64,000 bases of DNA. It comes from Mytilus edulis. Lineage: Eukaryota. A model generated the notes under the pieces. It saw only the letters and a list, made by a program, of their open reading frames with translations, was not told where the DNA came from and searched no databases. Location of the stretch: NCBI RefSeq assembly GCF_963676685.1, contig NC_092350.1, positions 10,602,001 through 10,666,000 on the forward strand, written 5' to 3'. The position numbers and the translations under genes are program-made. Every line of letters begins with the position of its first letter. The first letter of the stretch is position 1. This document shows positions 39,301 through 54,300 of this stretch, in pieces.

Positions 39301-42300
39301 TTAATTTGTTTAAAAATTTTAAGATTGAGAATTTGTAACCAAACAGTGTTCATTTACCTCATAGTCATCTTGTAATAGAACAGAATACCCCATATAAAAA
39401 TAAGGGGATGTGATATGATTGCCAATGCGACAGCGATCAACCAAAGTTCAAATGAAGTAGATGTAATATAAAAAAGAAGATGTGGTATGATTGCCAATGA
39501 GACAACTATCCACAAAAGACCAAAATGAAACAGACATTAACAACTATAGGTCACCGTACAGCCTTATATACCAATAAGCATGCTTTCTTGAGACACAAAC
39601 AATTAAGAGAAAATGGAAGTGATTGGGTTTAAATATTTATATAATCTTTTATTTATAGGAGGCCTAGCTGTAGATTGGGTCCACGATCTGTTGTTTTGGA
39701 CTGATGCTGGAACATCTACAATAGAAGTGACAGACTTAGATGGAGTCTATCGTAAAGTGTTGATATGGGAGAACTTAGAGAAACCAAGGGCACTTGTAGC
39801 TCATCCTGGAAATAGGTCAGTGAATGTATCAAATTTGACAGCATATACTGTGGAATCATTATTATTTGTTGGATACCAATTTTCATGGATTTCGTGGGTG
39901 CAGTTGAACCAAGAAATTAAATGTTCAATGTATAACAAATTTTCCATAGGCTTGTATGCAAACTTCCTCAAAACCACAAATTAAATATCATTGAACATGT
40001 AAATTGTCCTTAATCTATGTAAATTGGTACCCACAAAAATAAATGAATCCACAGTTTTTGATTGATTGAGTGTTACTTGCTTAATATCATACATATTGAC
40101 ATATCAAATAAAAAAAATTGAAAGACCTCACAAGCAGCCTGTACAGGATATGAAACAATGTTAGATAAGTAGTACTAGACTACTGGTAGTATTGTCTAAT
40201 TGTTAATATTACAATATAATGGCATACAAAATAGCATCTCACGCATGTTGAAATACTTTACTTGTGCAGAAGAGAGAACCTGTCATGACACCTCTCACAA
40301 TGCTATACGGGACATACATTTTCTACTGCCTAATCATTAAGTAAACTGATCAAATTATCAATAATTATTGTTATATTTTCAGATCCATATTTTGGACAGA
40401 TTGGGGAGGTACACCTAAGATAGAGAGTAGCTGTATGGATGGTAGTTATAGGAATGTTATTGCTAACACATCACTGTTCTGGCCTAATGGTCTAACTATA
40501 GATTATACCACAGACAAACTTTACTGGGCTGATGCTAAACATCATGTTATAGAATGTGCTGATTTAGATGGTTCTAACAGGAGAACTGTGCTTAATAAAG
40601 GTGAGAATTTATAGATACCAAGGGGGCTCTACTTTATAAAGATAAGAATTTATAGATAACAAGGAGACTCTACTTTATAAAGGTTAGAATTTATATATAC
40701 CAAGGGGGCTCTACTTTATAAAGGTTAGAATTTATAGATACCAAGGGGGCTCTGCTTTATAAAGGTAAGAATTTATAGATACCAAGGGGGCTCTACTTTA
40801 TAAAGGTTAGAATTTATAAATACCAAGGGGGCTCTACTTTATAAAGGTTAGAATTTATAGATACCAAGGGGGCTCTACTTTATAAAGGTTGGAATTTATA
40901 AATACCAAGGGGGCTCTACTTTATAAAGGTTAGAATTTATAGATACCAAGGGGGCTCTACTTTATAAAGGTAAGAATTTATAAATACCAAGGGGGCTCTA
41001 CTTTATAAAGGTTAGAATTTATAGATACCAAGGGGGCTCTACTTTATAAAGGTAAGAATTTATAAATACCAAGGGGGCTCTACTTTATAAAGGTAAGAAT
41101 TTATAGAGAACAAGAGGTTGTACTTGGTAAAGGTAAGGCGTTGAAGACCCATTGGTGGCCTTTCAGCTGTTTCAGATCTTTGCTTCATGCTTTTCATGTT
41201 GCTGCTGTCTTTTTGACACAATTCCCATTTCCATTATCAATTTTAAGAAATCATAGAAGTAAGAATACACTGATAACTACAAGACTCGCTATATAAAAGC
41301 TATATGAGAAAAACATACTCTCTTCATGATGCAACAACTCTTCGTAGGTCTGGAGGTAATCTGTTATGAGGCAAAATTTTTGTCCCTTTCCATCATACCA
41401 GTTTTCCTGTAACAGTCCTATTTTGCACTATTCAGCCATGTTGTCCAATCCTAGCTATTGTGTTAATTTTTAAAAGTTTCCTGTTCTGATAATAGCAACT
41501 AGACATTTGCTAGCAACAACAATTAATTCAAGGTGTATTGTTTGTTATTTATTTTTTAATTATCTTATTTTCAGGATTGCCACATCCTTTTGCCTTGACC
41601 TTATTTGAAGATGAACTTTATTGGACGGACTGGAATACAAAAAGTATAAACAAAGCTAACAAGTTCACTGGGAACGATGTAGAGACTGTACATAACAGAC
41701 TTCATTATCCCATGGATATACATACATTCCATCCTCAGAGGCAGCCAACAAGTAAGTACACTATTGTAGCCTGGGTAAAGTTAATAAACTGAAAGGGAAG
41801 GGATACTTAAGGTCATGCTTAGGATTTAATGGTCACAGAGTTATTTATTGTTTCAGGTTTTACAAATTGTAGGGTCATAGATCTACTCATGATTCTTCAG
41901 TGATGATAAAGAAATAATTCATGAGGGCTTGAATTTATACTGATTTTACCACGGGTTGGGCTTTTATGCTAAATATCATACCACAAGTGACAGCGAGGGG
42001 TAAAGTCAGCTTAAAGGGCAAACTCGTGGTAAAATCAGCATAAATTCAAGCCCCCATGAAGTATTTCAATTCAAATAGGACAAGTATGGCTATTCTTTTG
42101 AATCAAAGCACTGTAAGTGAAGGCAGATATTTGCCATTCCAGTAAATAAGCGCACTATATATTAAATTGACGTAAAACAATGCAGCTAACTGAATAAATG
42201 ACATGCTGAAACTATTTACAATAACATATTTTGATAGGTTTGGATGAATTTAAATGATTATTTTACTTATATAAAAAAAGACTTATAACAGATTTTAGCA

Positions 42301-45300
42301 TGGTTTGTTTGGGTTTCCTTGTTGTGATGATTTTCGGTTTCACAAGCGTGTACTTTCCCGTAAAATGCTTATATTCTTACATCATAGCTCATTCATGAAA
42401 ATGCATATAACATGGGAGTTATTTTCAGAACAGCACAAACATTTTATTTATATTTTACCACAGTTTTGAAAGCGTTTGAAGAACGTCATGTTAGAAGATT
42501 GATTTTAGACAAGATTGTGATATATATAAGACAGTGTTTTCAACATGAACTTTTACGTTTCATGATTTCATAAAAGATGAAAATGTAAGTAATAGATATA
42601 TGACTGTTGTGTTGTAATGCAAATGGATATAGATCACATAAGTAAAGTATAATTTTATTTCAGTGAAGAATGTCTGCGGTAAAAACAATGGAGGATGCAG
42701 CCATTTTTGTTTGCCAAATTGGCATGGTTACAGCTGTGCTTGTCTAACAGGACAACATCTGAAGAAGGATAACAGAACATGTGTTGAGAGTATGAATCGT
42801 TTTGTGGTGTTTTCCACCATGTCTGATCTGAGACGTATCAGCGTAGACACGCCTGACAGAACAGATGTAGTTCTCCCCCTCAATAAAGTACTGAGTGCCG
42901 TGGGGATTGATTTTGATGCTAAGAATGACATGATATATTGGACTGATACAGACCTCAATGTCATCAAAAGAGCACATTGGAATGGCAGTCATGAGAAGGT
43001 AAAGGCATTACTGTAAATTACTAAATTGTTTAGTACATTTATTATTGCTTTTTTTTAACAATAGGAAAAATGAGAGATTGACGGTTATAACTAGAGGAAG
43101 TTCTTCATTCAAATAATGCTATCAAAATCTAAAATATTTTTTTTTATTTAGCCTCACAAATTTTGCTATAATAAAAAGTTTTTAAACATCGCTAAAACTT
43201 CTTAATTCACAGTATCATTTATCATATGCATATATTTTATGGTCATTGTTATATTTAATTGTAATTATATTTGACAGGTTGTCATTGGAAACCAGGTGGA
43301 GTCTCCAGTAGGTGTGGCTATAGACTGGATTAGTCGTAAGATCTACTGGACAGACCAGGATACAGACTTTATAGAAGTAGCCAATCTGAATGGTAGTATG
43401 AGGAGTATTCTGATCTCTACAAGTCTGGATAAACCTAGAGACATCATTGTAGATCCTTTGGAAGGGTAATAAGTCTTTTATTTATTTATTTATAAGATAA
43501 TTGATTCCCACATTTGGTTGTACATAATTTATATTTACCTATTATTACTAAATTATATATAGACTTTTGAGGTTTTTAACAAGTTCATCACTGTTGTATT
43601 ATTATACGACCGCAAAAATTTTAATTTTTCGTCGTATATTGCTATCACGTTGGCGTCGTCGTCGTCGTTGTCCGAATACTTTTAGTTTTCGCACTCTAAC
43701 TTTAGTAAAAGTGAATAGAAATCTATGAAATTTTGACACAAGGTTTATGACCATAAAAGGAAGGTTGGGATTGATTTTGGGAGTTTTAGTACCATCATTT
43801 TAGGAACTAGGGGCCAAAAAGGGCCCAAATAAGCATTTTCTTGGTTTTCGCACTATAACTTTAGTTTAAGTAAACAGAAATCTATGAAATTTTGACACAA
43901 GGTTTATGATCACAAAAGGAAGGTTGGGATTGATTTTGGGTGTTTTGGTTCCAACAGTTTAGGAATTACGGGCCAAAAAAGGGCCCAAATAAGCATTACT
44001 CTTGGTTTTCGCACAATAACTTTAGTATAAGTGAATAGAAATCAATTAAAATAAAACACAAGGTTTATGACCACAAAAGGAAGGTTGGGATTGATTTTTG
44101 GAGTTGAGGTCCCAACAGTTTAGGAATAAGGGGCCAAAAAGGGGCCCAAATAAGCATTATTCTTGGTTTTCGCACCATAACTTTAGTATAAGTAAATAGA
44201 AATCTATGAAATTTTAAACACAAGGTTTGTGACCATAAAAGGAAGGTTGGGTTTGATTTTGGGAGTTTTGGTCCCAACAGTTTAGGAATAAGGGGCCCAA
44301 AGGGTCCAAAATTGAACTTTGTTTGATTTCATCAAAAATTGAATAATTGGGGTTCTTTGATTTGCCGAATCTAACTGTGTATGTAGATTCTTAATTTTTG
44401 GTCCCGTTTTCAAATTGGTCTACATTGAGGTCCAAAGGGTCCAAAATTAAACTTAGTTTGATTTTAACAAAAATTGAATCCTTGGGGTTCTTTGATATGC
44501 TGAATCTAAATATGTACTTATATTTTTGATTATTGGCCCAGTTTTCAAGTTGGTCCAAATCGGGGTCCAAAATTAAACTTTGTTTGATTTCATCAAAAAT
44601 TGAATAATTGGGGTTCTTTGATATACCAAATCTTACAGTGTATGTAGATTCTTAATTTTTGGTCCTGTTTTCAAATTGGTCTACATTAAAGTCAAAAGGG
44701 TCCAAAATTAAACTAAGTTTGATTTTAACAAAAATTGAATTCTTGGGCTTTTTTGATATGCTGAATCTAAACATGTACTTAGATTTTTGATTATGGGCCC
44801 AGTTTTCAAGTTGGTTCAAATCAGGATCCAAAATTATTATATTAAGTATTGTGCAATAGCAAGAAATTTTCAATTGCACTGTATTCAGCAATAGCAAGAA
44901 ATCTTCAATTGCACAGTATTGTGCAATAACAAGAAATTTTTAATTGCACAGTATTGCGCAATAGCAAGAAATCTTCAATTTCACAGTATTGTGCAATAGC
45001 AAATATTTTCAATTGCACAGTATTGCGCAATAGCAAGAAATATCTAATTGCACAATATTGTGCAATAGCAAGAAATTTTCAATTGGAGTTATCTTTCTTT
45101 GTCCAGAATGGTAGTTGAATCAACTTAAATTATTGTTTTATACAATATACAATGTATATTCACTTTTACTACCAACTGATAAATTAAAACAATCTTTACA
45201 ATTCAGTGATAACAAGCACTTTATTTTACATTTTAATATTTTATGATGTATTTAAATGAGTAGTTATTGTTGCAAACTCCATTAGAAATTTGAATTGAGA

Positions 45301-48300
45301 TCAGTTTTAGAAAAAGGGAAAGGGGGATGTGAAAAAAAAATGGGGGGGGGGGGGGGTAAATTTTTCTCATTTCAGATTTCATAAATAAAAAGAAAATTTC
45401 TTCAAACATTTTTTTGAGAGGATTAATATTCAACAGCATAGTGAATTGCTCAAAGGCAAAAAAAATATTTTAAGTTCATTAGACCACATTCATTCTGTGT
45501 CAGAAACCTATGCTGTGTCAACTATTTAATCACAATCCAAATTTAGAGCTGAATCCAGCTTGAATGTTGTGTCCATACTTGCCCCAACCATTCAGGGTTC
45601 AACCTCTGCGGTCGTATAAAGGTGTGCCCTGCGGAGCATCTGGTTAGGCTTATTTTGATAATTGTGAGATTTTGTTTTTAATTTCACAATTTCATATTCC
45701 CCCCCCCCCTCTGCAGAGGAGGGGGCATTTAGTGATATCCTTGTCCCTATGTTCATCCCTCTGTCTATTTTTACATACATCCTGAAGTTGGTTTCCATTC
45801 TCTAACATGCAATGCTTATTACAGCAATACACTGATTAAATTAGATTTGGGTGACATCACTTTTACAGTTTTGAGTTATGTCCCTTTATAACCTGCAAAC
45901 AAGGGTCATCTGACACTTTCTCCATTTATTAATGTATTATGTAGGTTTATGTACTGGAGTGATTGGGGAAGTAGACCTAAGATAGAGAGAGCAGGAATGG
46001 ATGGGAATAGAAGACAGGTTCTGATCAGTAACAATATCACATGGCCCAATGGTCTAGCACTGGACAAGAAACTTAAACGTCTTTATTGGACAGATGGAGG
46101 AAGGAGTGTAATTGAATCTGTCAAGTTTGACGGTACAGACAGACAGGTAAATAGGTTACATCTCAATTGTAACATCATATGCTCACAGGCAGAAAAGCAT
46201 CTGTATTGGAAAGATGTAGGAGCTAGAACTTATCAAGGTGTACAATACAGAAAGACATGTAAGCTGGCAACACAGCAGAATGATCAAGTCAAAAAGATTG
46301 AGGGATTGTGTAATAGAATTTGTCAAATTTACCATGTCATGCTTACAGACTGTTTAGTAAGAATCAATTTTTTTTAGCAAAATCACATGAACAAATCTAT
46401 TTCTGTTGAACAGATTGAAGTTGAGAAAAGTTCCTATTATGCACACCAATAACACATTTAGAAAATATCCTAACATTCTGTTTTTAAATTAAGTAAGATT
46501 CCAACAGTTTTACTACATTTATGTGGCTTAAATCCTTGAAACTACAAATATATATACTATCTCTTTCAGATAATTATATCTGTAAATGTTCCACGACCAT
46601 TTGGCATTGCTTTGTTTGAAGACACCATCTACTGGACAGACAAGTTAAACAAGGGAGTTTACTCTGCAAACAAGTATAATGGATCAGGACGTGAAGTAAT
46701 CGCCTCGCAGCTTGATAATGTGATGGACATCAAAATGTTTTATAAACCACAGCCTAGAGGTAAATATAATCAAATTTTTCATTAGAATTTACTTTCAAAT
46801 GCACAGTTGACATATTGAACCTAATGAGTGAGCCTTCATATTGAATTATTTTGATTAACAAACGTTTGATTGCTACAATATCATCAAAAATAGCTTTGAA
46901 GTGTTCATTATCACTGAACCAGTATATATTTGTTTAGGGGCCAGCTGAAGGATGCCTCCGGGTTCGAGAATTTCTCGTTGCATTGAAGACCTGTTGGTGA
47001 CCTTCTGCTGTTGTCTGCTCTATGGTCGGGTTGTTGTCTCTTTGGAATATTCCCCATTTCCATTCTCAATTTTATTTAATTTTTGATGATATTGTAGCAA
47101 TCAAATGTTTGTTAATCAAAATAATTCAATGTGATTTAATCAAAATATGAAGTAATGTGATAAGAGCTGTTCTATAAACACATACATGGGACCCAGGGAA
47201 GACACTTCCAAATCTCAACTATGCATGGGTGTCTTCCTATGTTTTTACATAGTGGAAATGTATTTGAAATTTTATTTCCATTCTATAGGTGGTTACCCCA
47301 TTTTTAAAGTGCCTTCCCTGGGTACCATTTATGGATGGGAGTCTTCCGATGTTTTTACATAGTGGAAATGTATGTGAAATTTTATTTCCCCTCTATAGGT
47401 GGTTACCCCATTTTTAAAGTGTCTTCCCTGGGTACCATTTATGGATGGGAGTCTTCCGATGTTTTTACATAGTGGAAATGTATGTGAAATTTTATTTCCC
47501 CTCTATAGGTGGTTACCCCATTTTTAAAGTGCCTTCCCTGGGTACCATTTATGTTTAAAGAAACAGCCCTAGTTTGGTAATTTTCATACATATCACCTTT
47601 GGTCATGATGTTATGCATCAATTGTGTTCATGAAGTTTCAGAATTTGATTTTATTTCAAAATTCATTTTTCATGGAATTACTCATTATTTCTTTTTGTAA
47701 TGCATTAGATTTTGGATAACAGTACTGTAGTTGAAAATTTGCTGGCATTGATTTAGATTTGATGGTAGCAAATATATGTTTTACTGTTTTTGGCACTATC
47801 AAATCGCCAATTAACTGCGGCTACTCTTCAACTAAAGAACTGTTTTTAAATGTTTAAGCATCACAGGAAATGCTGGGTAATCAAAGGTCAATTACTTCAG
47901 CAACCTGTCTTGCAGTATTTATCTTTATCAATAAACACATAAAAAAATGAGGTAATAAAACTATATTTTGAAATGGAATTTTAACATCCTTATTTCAGGA
48001 AAGAATCCATGTGCTAATGACAATGGTGGATGCAGTCATTTATGTTTGATATCAACAACAGGGTATACATGTGTCTGTCCTACAGGGATACTTATGTCAC
48101 CAGATGGAAGGACTTGTAATAAAGGTAGGTATGGGTGTTATTGTCTTCATGGTTTTTTGGGAGTTCAAAAGCTGTCAATCTGCATTTTGCTTTGTTTTTA
48201 AAGGAAAAGAAGACATAGCCAGTAGTAGGAAAAGGGGAGGTAATATAGAATTATAATGCTCTCATTCATCATTAATATGTGTGCTGTTCACATTAAGGAA

Positions 48301-51300
48301 AAAAAGCTGAAATTGTAAAATTGGCAAAAACGTGTGGGATGCCAACTCAATATATTAAATATTCAGTTTGACAAAGAAAGAATGTAATAAGCAGGTGTTG
48401 AAATAGTTATTCAAAACATAGTGACATGAGATATAGGGTAAAATGAGACAACAATGCAACAACTCAAAAATTCAATAAAAATTCTACATCTATATGGTGT
48501 TCTATCAACACCAGAGTCCACCTACAAATGGCCTTCAGTGTAGACAGCTTAGGAGGATTCAAAATAGACAACAAAAATCTGACATCAAACTCAAATTTAA
48601 AAAAAGAAGAAAAGACATAAGAAAATAATCATGTGATCCTTTCATTTGTTTTAAAATATATTGAATTTGCATGTTTCTATTGTTGAAGAAGTTTTATTAT
48701 AAACCTAGATTGATAATGATGTTTATCAACATTTCTATTTACAGATATGAGTAATTTTATTGTGTTTGCCAGGAGAACAGATATCAGAAAGATATCATTA
48801 GATGTTAATTATGTAGCTGATGTAGTGATACCTCTTGGTGAAATCAGAAATGCTATTGCTATAGGTGTAGATAGAGTTGCAGGTAAATCTTGTCTTTTCT
48901 ACTTTCTGATGGATCTGTGCCCTATTTGTAAATATTTGACATCAGTCAATCTTCCTTCAAAAATTCAAAAATTAATGGCTGCTTAATTGGTGCTCATTTC
49001 TTGAAATTGAATAATAAAATGTTAATTATTGATTTGGTAACATTAAATATGATCAATAGTCTAATCCAAAGACTTCAGAGGTTCTGCATAATTCAAATGC
49101 TAAAGTATTGCCATGTAATTTCAACATTTGCATTATACTGTATTATCAAAATTACATACAGGTGAGATATATCTCTGTGTCAACAGTTTATTTTTAAGAT
49201 TTACAAATTTTCAAAACATCTTTTTGTGCTAATTATGGGTAACTTATGACTTGACAGTTTATATTTTTTTCCAAGCGGCTCTAAGAACAAAAGTTAACCT
49301 GTACAGTAAGCGTCAGTTGAATATATTGGTTACCAAATTCAGTTAATTAAACTTCATGCTAATGATTTTATTTTTAATTCAGGGAAGCTATATTGGACAG
49401 ATACAATTCTAGATGTGATAATGAAAGCTAATTTAGATGGATCTCAGGTGGAGCAGTTTATAAAACATGGACTGGACACACCAGATGGACTGGCTGTAGA
49501 TGAGATTGGTCGCAAGATTTACTGGACAGATACTGGATTAAACCGGATTGAAGTAGCCGACTTGGTTACTGGGATGAGAAAAGTGTTGATATGGGATAAC
49601 TTGGATAAACCTAGAGATTTGACTTTGTATTACGAAAAGGGGTAAGAAAAGTTTTATTAAAATATATGTAGCTCAAAAGGAAGACACTTTAAACAAGAAA
49701 TTTAAACTTATGCGTTACCATTGCTTGAATAATTTTTTTACTTTATTTCCCTGAATATGGAGATATAGATAAAGTGTTATTATTAATCCTTTAGATTTTC
49801 ATTATTTCCAAAACAGTAGACTTTTTTATACTATACTATGCTAAGTTAAATCAATGTCAAGTGATCATGAAGCATCAACATTTGACCTGAACCCAAATAT
49901 AAAATAAAGAATGATGTAAAATTTAAATGAAATCTTTAATCCCATGTTTTGCAAGTAAGTTTCTTGATAGATTATAAAACTTTTCTTTGTAAAACATTGA
50001 CATATAAGATACACAGTTGAATATTTTAAAACTTTTGATTTATTAAATTTAATGAGGTTTAGGACTCAAATAATAATTACTTTAAAGATAATTCAAGTCA
50101 TGACATCAATATTTGAAAACTTCTATAATTATTTTAACAGGTATATGTACTGGACAGACTGGGGTAAACTCCCTAAGATTCAGAGGGCTGATATGGATGG
50201 TAGTAATAGGACAGTATTAGTAGATAAAAATCTAGGCTGGCCTAATGGTATTGTCATTGACAAACAATCACAGAGAATTGTATGGGCTGATGCTAAAATG
50301 GAAGTGATAGAATCGTCAGATTTAAATGGCGGTAATCGTCGGGTCATCATCTCTAACGTCAATCATCCCTATGGACTGACCATTACTGAGAGACATATCT
50401 ACTGGACAGACTGGCAGAAAATGGCCATATTTAAAGCCGACAAGGATACAGGAAGTAATTTATTAGTCATAAGACGAACATTACCAGGTCTGATGGATCT
50501 ACAAGCAGTAATCAGGTCACCAGATGGTAAGTCAATTGTTATTACAATGCAATTGACATGCAAAGATGTGACAGATCTAGAAAGACAATCATGAGTCAGA
50601 GGCATAATTTCACCTGTTTGACTTCATATTTAAGACATAAAATGGGACTTTTTGTATGTTATCTGATGTCTTGCTAGATTTTCAGGATAGAAGTGTATTT
50701 GCTAAAGCACAACATTTTAATGCAATGCTCTAAATTTAGGGACACAATTTAGCTCTTGCATAGTTTAATATTTCCATAAAGCCTATATAAAGGAATTATT
50801 TAAAACAAATTCTGCCATATATTATCAAAGTATACAGGTTCTTAATGGTTTGATTCTGAATATTTAAGACTCTTGGAAATATATTTGATTAAGCGCAAAT
50901 TTCAGGCCAAAACTATACAAGTTTTTATTTTCTCGGACACCATTATCATGAAATAAAAAAAATGGTAAATATTCAATATCACTAAAATCCATAAAACCAA
51001 TTTGTCACATCAATCTTAACAATTATTTATTTCATACAGATGACCTACACAAATTAGAGAACAAATGTAAGAATAATGGAGGCTGTAGTCATCTCTGTTT
51101 ACCAAATCATAGTGGAATCACATGTTCTTGTCCAACTGGGTTACAGCTCAAACACAATGGAAAAACTTGCTTAACATGTGAGTAAGGTACCAGTAGTTCA
51201 GTCCTCTATTTGCACAATCTAATTCTACAATGAAAATATCTTGTATAACTGTTTTATACTTAATGGCAATAAAAATTGTTTCTTTATATTTAAAATTGGA

Positions 51301-54300
51301 CTTTAAATTGACAAATCACTGATCATTTATAAGCTTGTTAAATATTTATTTTTTATCAAATAGAATTTCTTTTGTTAATTTTTTACCTAGGTTAGTCTTG
51401 TCATGCTAAAAGAATACCAAGCAATTTAAGAAATTTCAATGTTTTTATAACCACAGTCTATTGGTTACACAGTGTGCTATTATCCTATAATGGGAATTGA
51501 TTGGGTCAATAAAATTCAAATAGGGTGAGGCAAAGCAAAATCTGATATGATTTTATTGACCCTATAAATTCTGTATTAGTACAATTGCACACTGTGTATA
51601 GAATTTATACTGGTTTTTGTCTCGCCTTGATGGAGTCAAAAAGCAAGACATAGGTATGCTGTTTCCGGCGTCGGTGATGGTGACGGTGTCAACAATGTAT
51701 TAGTTTGTGATTAGGTCTAGTTTGTGGTGAACCACAAGTGGTAGGTCAATCATATTTAGTATGCAGTTGTATAAGCATTGGCACATTTCATTTTCATGGA
51801 GATTATTTGGCCCAGCCCCCTCAGTCATGGTCTATTGACTTTGAAACTTTTGCTTATTTTACATGTATTAGTTTGTGATTAGGTCAGTTTATGGGGAACC
51901 ACTAGTGGTAGGCCAATGTTAAATAGGTATTCAGTTGTATAAGCATTGGCACATCTCATTTCCATGGAGAATATTTGCCCTTGCGCCTCAGTCACAGTTT
52001 AATGACTTTGAAACTTATCTTAGTTTACATATATTAGTTTGTGATTATATCAGTTCAAGATGAACTGCTAATGTTAAGTCAATGTTATTTGGTTATGCAA
52101 ATTTATTGGCATTTGCAAGTATTGCTTCCATGGAGATTATATAACCCCACCCTCTCTTCATGGTTCGTTGACTTTGAAACTTTTACAGTTTTCAAGTTAA
52201 TGTTTGTATTTAGGTTTGGGAACAACTTATTATAAGTCAAAAGTATTTGGTATGTAGTTGTATTAGCATTGGCACATCTCATTTACATGGAGATTGTTTA
52301 GCCGTGTAACTCAGTCATGGTTCATTGACTTTGAATATTTACATAACTTGTGTAAGATGTTAAAGTATTGCTATTTTGATTTCAACATTTGAATAATCAA
52401 AATTACAAAAAGGCGAGACATATCTCTGTGATAACAGTTTACGTTATATTACAACTTGTTATATTCAAATTCAATTATTAGGACAATATCAACCAATTAT
52501 ATTTAGATATTTAATCTCAAACTAAAAAATGAAAAGTATTTGGACTATATACAATGATATAGCAACTCAATTTTTTTTATCAGGTCAATGGTATAAGGGA
52601 GATAATTCCAATTAACATAATAAAAAATTGTACTGAAATTTATTAGGACAAAGTCAGCCAATCAAATTACGAGAACTTATGCTAAATCAGGATAAATGAC
52701 TTGATCCTGCCTGAATCCTGTGACATATCCTGTTTATCTGTTTCAGTGCCCAGCAAGTACCTGTTGTTTGCCAGTAGAGGGAGTTTACGGAGAATATCAT
52801 TGGATACTCCTGATTTTACAGATACATTTCTTCCTATGTCTGATCTCCATAATGTTATATCACTAGACTATGACTACCAGAAACAGAAGATGTACTTTAC
52901 TGATGTTCATCTGGATGTTGTCAGGTAGTTATCTCCCTTTTGTTACCACACTCTTTCAATTAGTTATATTTAATCTGCAATAAGGTATTGAAATTTTATT
53001 ATAACAAATATTTTAAGAAATTTTGGAAAGTTGTATCAAGTGAAAAATGTTTTTGATATTTTATTCCAGAATTGTCTTGTCTTCTAAATAATGGTTTAAA
53101 TTATATTTGGTTTAAAAGAATTGACAATTATGTATCCTTTCTCAGAGTTTTACCTTAGTTTGATTTTCATGTGTTGCAGATAAAATAAATTACATGACAA
53201 AAGTTGATTTTAACATTCTGATGGATATGGTTATAATAGAATAAACAAAGGAAATGGGACCAGGGTTATCCTTCCATGACACAAAATCATTACATGCATG
53301 GCAAAAAACACACAAAAATCAACGGAAAATTTTTGTTTTATTTTGACATTTTATTTTAGATATTAATTTAGATAGCTGTACTTTAGGAGATTTTTAAAGA
53401 AATTATTGATAAGTTAAGGATAGGGGTTAATTTGAATGTTTCTTTGTTACAGAAGAGCTAATTTAGATGGTACAGGTTTACAGTCTGTTGTATCAGAGAA
53501 TCTAGAGACAACCGATGGACTGGCTGTAGACTGGATTGCTAATAATTTGTTCTGGACAGATACAGGTATATCCCGAATGATTACAATAGTTATTGCAATA
53601 AGACTAGTGTGGTACATGAAATAGTGTTATGTCAATTTATTGTAAGTAAAGTTATTAACCATTTTAAAAAATGTTGCTCAAATAAACTTATCTCATTGGC
53701 ACTTATGCCACATCTTCCTATATCTTTAATGAAATAAGATACATGTAAAGGGTAAATGAAAATGATACCTAAGAGCTATGAGAGGTCTTCAGTGATGGCC
53801 AAAAGACGCAGGAACATGTAGGTCATTGCCCAGGCTTTGAGATTGACAGTTTGCAGTTGTAATTACTACCATTGTTGTATTATGGACATGTTTTTGTTAT
53901 CTTCAGGTCGTGATGTTATAGAAGTATCATCCACTGATGGAACAAACAGAAAATCTCTGATCACAGAAGATTTAGATGAACCAAGAGCTATAGCCTTGTA
54001 TCCCCAGAAAGGGTTAGTACTGTCATTAATATTACCAAGTTGATTGGACGGATCAAGAGATACATCTTCAATAGACTTGACTGTGATATATCAGGGATCT
54101 CCATGGATGAAAATTGAACGATGGAGGAACTTTCACCATCATAAACTGTATCTACGCCGTACCGTGTAGCGCGATCGAAAGTATTTCATCCCTCTATATA
54201 AGGATAGGTGAACATGCTAATTCATTGCTTATTTAAATTATATTTATTTGAATTTTCATTATAAATACTATATATATAGAAGTATATATATTTTCAATAA

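Noticed and set aside
31061-50605. Minus-strand ORFs overlapping LRP exons (31061, 31672, 32985, 37970, 42728, 42744, 50180, 50399)
   Set aside because: Antisense shadows of real coding exons with no coherent gene structure.
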